IMG/VR virus record: IMGVR_UViG_3300045988_047384
Location: 1-11,972 of that record
Source of the DNA: a virus
Length of the DNA: 11,972 nt
Strand: one strand, 5' to 3'
Position 1 is the first letter of the stretch, and every line of letters starts with the position of its first letter. This document shows positions 1 through 5,377 of this stretch, one piece after another. A model generated the notes under the pieces. That model had not been told where the DNA came from, made no database searches, and saw only the letters and a program-made list of their open reading frames with translations. Both the position numbers and the translations under genes were made by a program.

Positions 1-48
1 CGAGATTGTTGACTGTGACTGGAGTTCAGACGTGTGCTCTTCCGATCT
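1..48. other. Illumina TruSeq index adapter (reverse complement); technical contamination, not phage DNA
   Basis: Bases 1-48 are the exact reverse complement of 11925-11972. They read as AGATCGGAAGAGCACACGTCTGAACTCCAGTCAC + AGTCAA(CA) + ATCTCG, the TruSeq index-13 adapter. Confidence 0.97.
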
Positions 49-68
49 AAAGGTACACAAGGCACCCA

Positions 69-188
69 TTTTTAACATTTCCCAACACACTTTTAACACT
101 CTCTAACACACTTTGGCACACTTTTTGCTGTGTGCCGCAATTACGATTATTTAACACAATTAACACACCGTTAATACTGTTAAACTTT
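69..188. repeat. Array of TTAAC(A/C)-type motifs spaced about 10 bp apart, plus a hairpin, inside the ITR (mirrored at 11785-11904)
   Basis: AACAT/AACAC cores lie at 74, 84, 95 and 105, with GCACAC at 116. TTAACAC lies at 151 and 161, TTAATAC at 171 and TTAAAC at 180. Spacing is 9-11 bp. A hairpin GGCACAC-N8-GTGTGCC lies at 115-136. Confidence 0.6.
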
Positions 189-198
189 CATAAAAATA

Positions 199-243
199 AT
201 GTTTCACGTGGAACGGTGGTAACGGGGTGTTTCACGTGAAACA
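199..243. promoter_or_regulatory. Two copies of a CACGTG-centred palindromic operator-like site (mirrored at 11730-11774)
   Basis: GTTTCACGTGGAAC lies at 201-214. The perfect 14-bp palindrome GTTTCACGTGAAAC lies at 229-242 and extends to GTGTTTCACGTGAAACA at 227-243. The two copies are 28 bp apart. Confidence 0.5.
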
Positions 244-293
244 AGTGTTAACAACAGTTAATTTATTTCTTTAAGACTTTTTAACAAAAATAA

Positions 294-325
294 TTTGGTG
301 GTTTCGCAAAAACGTTGTACCTTTG
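294..325 (+). promoter_or_regulatory. Bacteroidota-type promoter inside the left ITR, driving the + arm
   Basis: TTTG (294-297), a 20-nt spacer, then TACCTTTG (318-325). This matches TTTG-N19-21-TAnnTTTG. The first + strand ATG is at 375. Confidence 0.55.
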
Positions 326-374
326 CATCAGAGTTAAGAAACATATAAGTTTAACAAATTAAATTAGGTAAATT

Positions 375-542
375 ATGAATGAGAATTTTAATGAAACTGT
401 TTTCAACTGTATTACCAGTGTCAACGCTCTTATGACTTCGAACGAGGTTGCTAAAGACGATAAGGCGGTTATTAAGTTGAACCGCTTTAAGAAGTGGTTG
501 AACGAGTTTGCGGCTGCAAACGGTGTGAACGAGGTTAAGTAA
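375..542 (+). CDS. Hypothetical small early protein (55 aa), below the ORF-track length cutoff
   Basis: Hand translation gives MNENFNETVFNCITSVNALMTSNEVAKDDKAVIKLNRFKKWLNEFAAANGVNEVK* with ATG at 375 and TAA at 540-542. It is co-oriented with the ITR promoter and all neighbouring genes. I prefer it to the antisense 359-562 ORF. Confidence 0.5.
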   Translation: MNENFNETVFNCITSVNALMTSNEVAKDDKAVIKLNRFKKWLNEFAAANGVNEVK

Positions 543-593
543 TTAACCCCGTTCAAAGACAACAGAAGTTTAACGTTTAAAAGGTTTTAAGTT

Positions 594-959
594 ATGCAAA
601 AGGGTTTTAGTTTTGCTAGTACTTTTAATAAGACTAGTTTCGGGATTGATACAACAGATTTCCCGTTTGTTAAGTTGGTTGACATTTTCAACGATAATAA
701 AGACGGTGGTGGCGATGTGGTGCACCCTATCAACGGTTTGTACGTTCATAAGTCACAGTTGGGGGATTCGCCCGTTATCATTGATGCCGAAAACAAACGA
801 CTTGTTAATTTACCCCAGTTTACAGGTGACACAATTCGTGACATTTTGGCGAATAGTGAGGCTGTAGATGCTATCAAAGCCAACAAAGTTGGTTACACGA
901 TTTATGAATATGAATCGCACGCCAAAAAGTGTTACGGTATTACCTTTGTAGATAAGTAG
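594..959 (+). CDS. Hypothetical early protein (121 aa); possible phi29 p5-like ssDNA-binding protein
   Basis: Clean ATG ORF followed by an intrinsic terminator. Its size (121 aa against 124 aa for p5), its position ahead of the TP/polymerase pair, and a weak C-terminal resemblance to p5 as I recall it suggest the function. The functional call is weak. Confidence 0.55.
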   Translation: MQKGFSFASTFNKTSFGIDTTDFPFVKLVDIFNDNKDGGGDVVHPINGLYVHKSQLGDSPVIIDAENKRLVNLPQFTGDTIRDILANSEAVDAIKANKVGYTIYEYESHAKKCYGITFVDK

Positions 960-986
960 TTGTAAGGTGAAAGGGTTGATAACGTC

Positions 987-1027
987 ACGGGGTAAACAGT
1001 AATTTATTTATTGTTACCCCGTTTTTT
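987..1027 (+). terminator. Intrinsic terminator or attenuator after the 121-aa gene
   Basis: Stem ACGGGGTAA (987-995) pairs with TTACCCCGT (1014-1022) and is followed by T6 (1022-1027). No recognisable promoter lies between it and the ATG at 1053. Confidence 0.6.
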
Positions 1028-1052
1028 GTTTCATTTTAAATTTTAGTAAGTT

Positions 1053-1715
1053 ATGGCAAAAAAGAATCCAATAGGGTTTAGTAAAAGAACTTTTTCATTT
1101 ACGGGAAAAATTCACGTAAAAAGCGAGATTTTAACCGCTTTGGAATCAGACCCCGTTTTGCGTAAAGAGATTGCCCGAACTTTTCAACAGGCAAACCGGC
1201 GCATACAAAATGTTGAAGATTCGGGTATCGTTTCGCCTGCAGTTGTTGCCCTTAACAAAGGTGACGTGAAAGGGTTTGCAAAGTTTTCAATGAAACACGA
1301 TTGGAACGATTTAAAAATCGAATATGCCAAAGCGGTGGCGTTTTTGCAACAACCTACATCAAGTGCAACGGGTGCGAAAGAATATGCGCAACACCTAAAG
1401 AGCACGTACAAACTAAACGATGATGAATTTAGTTTGATGCAAAATAAATTAATGGGTAAGATTGCGAGTGTTTCCGATGAAAAGTTTTTGGAGCAATATT
1501 TAATGCAATACAAAGACTTTACGGGCGAACTTGAACAAGAAAGTAAAGACGTTTCAGACCAAATCGAAGACGATGCGATAAAAATAGCAGATTCGTTGCA
1601 AGATGACTTGAACGAACAGGCAGAAGCTATCGAAGAAGAGCATGAACGAATGAGTGGTTTATTAGATGATACACTTACAAAGATTCTAAAAAGTTTCAAA
1701 AAATTCGGTTTATAA
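1053..1715 (+). CDS. Candidate terminal protein (220 aa)
   Basis: It lies immediately upstream of the protein-primed polymerase, and its stop overlaps the polymerase start (TAATG at 1713-1717), as with phi29 gp3-gp2. The N-terminus is basic and the C-terminal part is helical and acidic. Assignment rests on synteny and composition only. Confidence 0.55.
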   Translation: MAKKNPIGFSKRTFSFTGKIHVKSEILTALESDPVLRKEIARTFQQANRRIQNVEDSGIVSPAVVALNKGDVKGFAKFSMKHDWNDLKIEYAKAVAFLQQPTSSATGAKEYAQHLKSTYKLNDDEFSLMQNKLMGKIASVSDEKFLEQYLMQYKDFTGELEQESKDVSDQIEDDAIKIADSLQDDLNEQAEAIEEEHERMSGLLDDTLTKILKSFKKFGL

Positions 1716-3925
1716 TGAAAAAGATACCCTTTGAACTTCACACCGAAATTTACACGCCTAAAGATATTGCAAAGGTTTTATCTTTGGCGGTGAATGAAAA
1801 GAACTTCACAGGAAACAATAAGGGCGAAAAGTTATTAAATGTGCCTGTTTCATTTGATATTGAAACTACTTCATTTTATCGTGATGAAGACGGGGAAACA
1901 TATAGTTATGACCGTTACATAAAATTAGGTGGTAAAGATACCAAAATGGAAAAATGTAGTTTAATGTATGTTTGGCAATTTGGAATAAACGGTTTTTGCA
2001 TTATTGGTAGAACGTGGGAAGAATTTTTGCAAATGTTAGATGATATCGTGGAAATAATGAATTTGAACCAAAAAAGGCGCATTATTATATACGTTCACAA
2101 TTTGGCTTATGAATTCCAATTTTTCAGAGAGTTATTGCAATGGGCAAAGGTTTTTTCAATAGACCTTAGAAAACCTATTTACGGAATCACAGAAAACGGA
2201 ATAGAGTTCAGATGTAGTTATTTGCTTTCGGGTTATTCACTTGCAAAACTCGGTGAACAATTACGCAAATATAAATGTGAAAAGTTGGTTGGTGATTTAG
2301 ATTACAGCCTGTTACGGCACAGCAAAACCCCGTTAACGCAAAAAGAAATGGGTTATTGTTTGAACGATATTAAAGTAGTTATGTGCTATATACAGGAATT
2401 AATCGAACAATACAAAAACATTACCCATTTGCCGATAACAAAGACAGGCTTTGTGCGCAAATATTGCCGTTCTGTGTGTTTCAAGACAACAGACCCAGAA
2501 ACAGGTAAAACGGTACAGAATTTTAAGTATTTGGATAAAATCCATAACTTAAATATAACAGGTATAGAAGAGTTTGAAATGCTACAAAGGGCTTTTTCGG
2601 GCGGTTTCACACACGCAAATGCAAAATATACGGATGAGGTAATAGAAAACGTAGATAGTTACGATTTTACTAGTAGCTACCCGTATGTGATGGTAAGCGA
2701 AAAATTTCCTATGAGTACAGGTGTATTTGTTCCTGTTAAGTCTATGAAACAATTTGAGTTTATGACCTCAAAATATTGCTGTGTCTTTGACGTGGAATTT
2801 ACCAACATCTTTGCAAATTCGGATAATGAAAACCCAATATCTGTTAGTAAGTGTTTCGTAAAAGAAAATGTTTCAGAAAATAACGGTCGTTTGGTTTGTG
2901 CTAGTAAAATCTGTATGACTATCACGGAAATAGATTACAAAGTGTTTTCACAGTTCTATATGTGGGAATCTGTGAGAATAGGCAAAATGATCTGTTACCG
3001 AAAAGAATATTTGCCCACCGAGTTTATAAAATCTATTTTGCACCTGTATGAAATGAAAACAAAACTAAAAGGTGTAAAGGGCAAGGAAGTAGAGTATTTA
3101 AATAGCAAGGAAATGCTGAATAGCTGCTACGGTATGAGTGTAACAAACCCTTTGCGGGATGAAATTGTATGTGATGGTAAAACGTGGGACGTTGAACACT
3201 TGACAGGCGGAAAACGCTTAGAGGTGCTGAACAGATACAATGACAGCAGAAACCGTTTTCTTTTCTATCCGTGGGGAATCTATGTAACAGCCTATGCACG
3301 TAGGAATCTGTTTACAGGTATAGCGGAATGCGGTGACGATTACATATATAGCGACACAGACAGCGTAAAAATAAAAAATGGTGAAAACCATAAAGAGTAT
3401 TTCAAAGCCTATAACGATTTGGCACAGCAAAAATTGCGGGCGGCCTGTAAGTTTCACAAAATACCCTTTGAAAAGGTTGAACCTGTAACGATAAAGGGAA
3501 TCGCAAAACCGTTGGGGGTTTGGGATTATGAGGGACGTTACAACCGTTTCAAAACTTTAGGTGCAAAACGTTATATGGTGGAAGAAGAAAACGTCCTAAC
3601 AGTAAACGGCAAAGATTACAATTATTCCATGACCGTTTCGGGCGTTAACAAAAAATCAGCTATCCCTTATATGTTAAAAACCTTTGGAGAAAGTGGAATC
3701 TTTGATGCGTTCACAAATTATCTGGATATTCCACCTAGTGCAACAGGTAAGAATATTCATACATATATTGATTACGAACAAACGGGAACAATAAAAGACT
3801 ATATGGGCAACGTTTCAAGTTACGACACTACAACGGGGGTGCACTTAGAACCAACGGGGTACACTTTAAGTCTTTCAGTTCTTTATATAAATTATTTAAT
3901 GGGAATCAGATTAAAGAAAGAATAA
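1715..3925 (+). CDS. Family-B DNA polymerase, protein-primed type (736 aa)
   Basis: Readable motifs:
- ExoI: SFDIETTS
- ExoII: YVHNLAYEF
- ExoIII: YCLNDIKVV
- motif A: DSYDFTSSYPYVM
- motif B: KEMLNSCYGMS
- motif C: YSDTDSV (nt 3347-3367)
- KxY: GAKRY. Confidence 0.97.
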   Translation: MKKIPFELHTEIYTPKDIAKVLSLAVNEKNFTGNNKGEKLLNVPVSFDIETTSFYRDEDGETYSYDRYIKLGGKDTKMEKCSLMYVWQFGINGFCIIGRTWEEFLQMLDDIVEIMNLNQKRRIIIYVHNLAYEFQFFRELLQWAKVFSIDLRKPIYGITENGIEFRCSYLLSGYSLAKLGEQLRKYKCEKLVGDLDYSLLRHSKTPLTQKEMGYCLNDIKVVMCYIQELIEQYKNITHLPITKTGFVRKYCRSVCFKTTDPETGKTVQNFKYLDKIHNLNITGIEEFEMLQRAFSGGFTHANAKYTDEVIENVDSYDFTSSYPYVMVSEKFPMSTGVFVPVKSMKQFEFMTSKYCCVFDVEFTNIFANSDNENPISVSKCFVKENVSENNGRLVCASKICMTITEIDYKVFSQFYMWESVRIGKMICYRKEYLPTEFIKSILHLYEMKTKLKGVKGKEVEYLNSKEMLNSCYGMSVTNPLRDEIVCDGKTWDVEHLTGGKRLEVLNRYNDSRNRFLFYPWGIYVTAYARRNLFTGIAECGDDYIYSDTDSVKIKNGENHKEYFKAYNDLAQQKLRAACKFHKIPFEKVEPVTIKGIAKPLGVWDYEGRYNRFKTLGAKRYMVEEENVLTVNGKDYNYSMTVSGVNKKSAIPYMLKTFGESGIFDAFTNYLDIPPSATGKNIHTYIDYEQTGTIKDYMGNVSSYDTTTGVHLEPTGYTLSLSVLYINYLMGIRLKKE

Positions 3926-3926
3926 T

Positions 3927-5063
3927 ATGAAACAGAAGAAAGAAAAGGTAGAAACACCGAAATTCTACACGTTGAATCGAATTTTATCAAAGAATGCAGA
4001 TTACAATGTAATTTTCGGTGAACGTTCCAACGGTAAGACCTATGCAACGTTACTGTATGGAATCAAAGAATATTTGCGCACAGGAAAACAAATGGCTTAT
4101 ATTCGTAGATGGCGAGAGGATTTAAGGGGCAAACGTGCCGAAAGTTTGTTTGCAAACCACGTTTCAAACGGTGTTGTAGAAGAACTTACAAACGGCAAAT
4201 TTAACGAAGTGTTTTACGTTTCGGGCAAATGGTTTCTTTCAAGCTATGATCCCGAAACAAAGAAACGTGTACCCGATAACGTGCCGTTCTGTTTCGGTTT
4301 CTGTCTGTCAGAACAGGAGCACGAAAAAAGTAGTAGTTACCCGAATATAACTACTATAGTTTTCGATGAGTTTTTGACAAGACGTTATTATTTGCCCGAT
4401 GAGTTCATGTTGTATATGAACCTGTTGAGTACTATTATCAGACAGCGAAACGATGTTAAAGTGTTTATGCTGGGAAACACCGTGAATCAGTTTTGCCCGT
4501 ATTTTACAGAAATGGGGCTGAAACAGGTGCGGGTGATGGAACAGGGCACAATAGATATTTATAAATTCGGTGAACACGGTGCAACCGTGGCTGTAGAATA
4601 TTGCAGTACTATTGTTAAGCAGAAAGCGAGTAACAAATATTTCTGTTTCGATAATCAAAACCTGCAGATGATTACGGGTGGTAAGTGGGAACTTGCTGTT
4701 TATCCTCATCTACCTGTGAAATATACCCCGAAAGATGTGCTTTTCGTTTTCTATATACAGTTTAACGAAATGACATTACAGGGTAATATAATACAGGTGG
4801 AATCCTCAGACGGTGTTAATAACTTTATGTATATACATAACAAAACAACACCGATTAAGGACATGGAAAACAGTTTGATTTATTCCCTTTGTATGAACGG
4901 AAAACCAAACTACAGGCGAAAGTTATTATCTACAGCTAGTTACGTGGAATCTCAGATAACAAAGTATTTCGCCACCGATAAGGTATTTTATCAGAATAAC
5001 GAAATCGGTGAAATTGTGCGTAACTACTTAATGGCTAGTAGCAGAAGTAACATTATAACTTAA
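3927..5063 (+). CDS. DNA packaging (encapsidation) ATPase, phi29 gp16-like (378 aa)
   Basis: Walker A is GERSNGKTY (nt 4017-4043) and Walker B is TIVFDEF. The surrounding pattern (...AYIRRWRED..., SYPNITTIVFDEFLTR, FMLGNTVNQFCPYF) runs in parallel with phi29 gp16. Confidence 0.9.
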   Translation: MKQKKEKVETPKFYTLNRILSKNADYNVIFGERSNGKTYATLLYGIKEYLRTGKQMAYIRRWREDLRGKRAESLFANHVSNGVVEELTNGKFNEVFYVSGKWFLSSYDPETKKRVPDNVPFCFGFCLSEQEHEKSSSYPNITTIVFDEFLTRRYYLPDEFMLYMNLLSTIIRQRNDVKVFMLGNTVNQFCPYFTEMGLKQVRVMEQGTIDIYKFGEHGATVAVEYCSTIVKQKASNKYFCFDNQNLQMITGGKWELAVYPHLPVKYTPKDVLFVFYIQFNEMTLQGNIIQVESSDGVNNFMYIHNKTTPIKDMENSLIYSLCMNGKPNYRRKLLSTASYVESQITKYFATDKVFYQNNEIGEIVRNYLMASSRSNIIT

Positions 5064-5071
5064 TATCTGTT

Positions 5072-5117
5072 AAAACAGGGAAAAAAGTGTTTAACGTGAA
5101 ACATTTTCCCTGTTTTT
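5072..5117 (+). terminator. Intrinsic terminator after the replication/packaging operon, with an operator-like site in its loop
   Basis: A perfect 13-bp stem, AAAACAGGGAAAA (5072-5084) pairing with TTTTCCCTGTTTT (5104-5116), merges into a T-run. The 19-nt loop contains GTGTTTAACGTGAAACA (5087-5103). Confidence 0.65.
5087..5103. promoter_or_regulatory. Internal copy of the ITR palindromic operator-like motif
   Basis: GTGTTTAACGTGAAACA matches the ITR sequence GTGTTTCACGTGAAACA (227-243) at 16 of 17 positions. It lies 16 nt upstream of the -33 element of the internal promoter. Confidence 0.5.
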
Positions 5118-5118
5118 A

Positions 5119-5177
5119 TTTGGTTGTTTCAGATATTTTGTTTATCTTTGCACCATTAAATAACAAAGTTAAATTTG
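5119..5177 (+). promoter_or_regulatory. Internal Bacteroidota-type promoter or promoters for the structural-gene operon
   Basis: TTTG (5119-5122), 20 nt, then TATCTTTG (5143-5150). A second overlapping match is TTTG (5147-5150), 19 nt, then TAAATTTG (5170-5177), ending 5 nt before the ATG at 5183. Confidence 0.55.
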
Positions 5178-5182
5178 GCTAT

Positions 5183-5377
5183 ATGGACGTAAACGCAATA
5201 GTATCGTTAATTAGTAATGTTGGTTTTCCTGTAGCTGTCTGTATCGCCCTTTTCTTTTATATGGAAAAGCAAAACGAAAGACATCAGAATGAAACCGACA
5301 AGTTAAATGAAACAATACAGAGTAACACGAAAGTGTTAACTGAACTTTGTACGTTAATTAAAACACTTGTAAAGTAA
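5183..5377 (+). CDS. Small single-pass membrane protein (64 aa), YvrJ-like; holin/lysis candidate
   Basis: I used the internal ATG at 5183, because the track's GTG start at 5087 lies inside the terminator and promoter. The N-terminus MDVNAIVSLISNVGFPVAVCIALFFYMEK has one hydrophobic helix and the N-x-GFP-x-x-V signature I recall for the YvrJ family. The C-terminus is charged and helical. Its stop overlaps the portal start (TAATG). Confidence 0.6.
   Translation: MDVNAIVSLISNVGFPVAVCIALFFYMEKQNERHQNETDKLNETIQSNTKVLTELCTLIKTLVK

Larger units (their letters stand above)
49..345. repeat. Left inverted terminal repeat (297 bp, non-coding)
   Basis: Block-by-block comparison shows 49-345 is the perfect reverse complement of 11628-11924. 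Identity breaks at 346/11627. The repeat starts with AAAGGTAC immediately after the adapter. Confidence 0.93.

Noticed and set aside
285-310. Possible outward-facing promoter in the ITR (TATTTTTG on the - strand) that could drive a pRNA-like transcript toward the genome end
   Set aside because: The nearest -33 TTTG is only 14 nt away instead of 19-21. The match alone is not convincing, so it is mentioned only as something to test.
359-562. 67-aa ORF on the - strand from the ORF track
   Set aside because: It is antisense to the ITR promoter and to all neighbouring genes, and it has no promoter of its own. The + strand 55-aa ORF (375-542) fits the transcription architecture better.
594-611. 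Shared MQKGF N-terminus between the 121-aa ORF (594) and the 81-aa - strand ORF (10599)
   Set aside because: Similarity stops after five residues (about 17 nt), so it is most likely coincidence rather than duplication.
1184-1741. 185-aa - strand ORF antisense to the terminal-protein candidate
   Set aside because: It is Ser/Cys-rich and low in complexity, fully embedded antisense in a well-formed + strand gene, and has no promoter or start context.
2386-3457. Four - strand ORFs (74-88 aa) inside the polymerase gene, and similar antisense or alternate-frame ORFs at 613-867, 4308-4709, 5354-5653, 6806-6988, 7243-7509, 7670-7984, 7887-8081, 9181-9375, 9482-9682 and 10415-10636
   Set aside because: All lie within confidently assigned genes on the opposite strand or in another frame. 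They have odd composition and are what chance would produce in AT-rich sequence.
5087-5182. GTG-initiated N-terminal extension of the YvrJ-like ORF, and likewise the TTG start at 8271 and the GTG start at 11269
   Set aside because: The extensions run through terminator hairpins or promoter elements. In-frame ATGs just downstream (5183, 8310, 11227) give sensible proteins.
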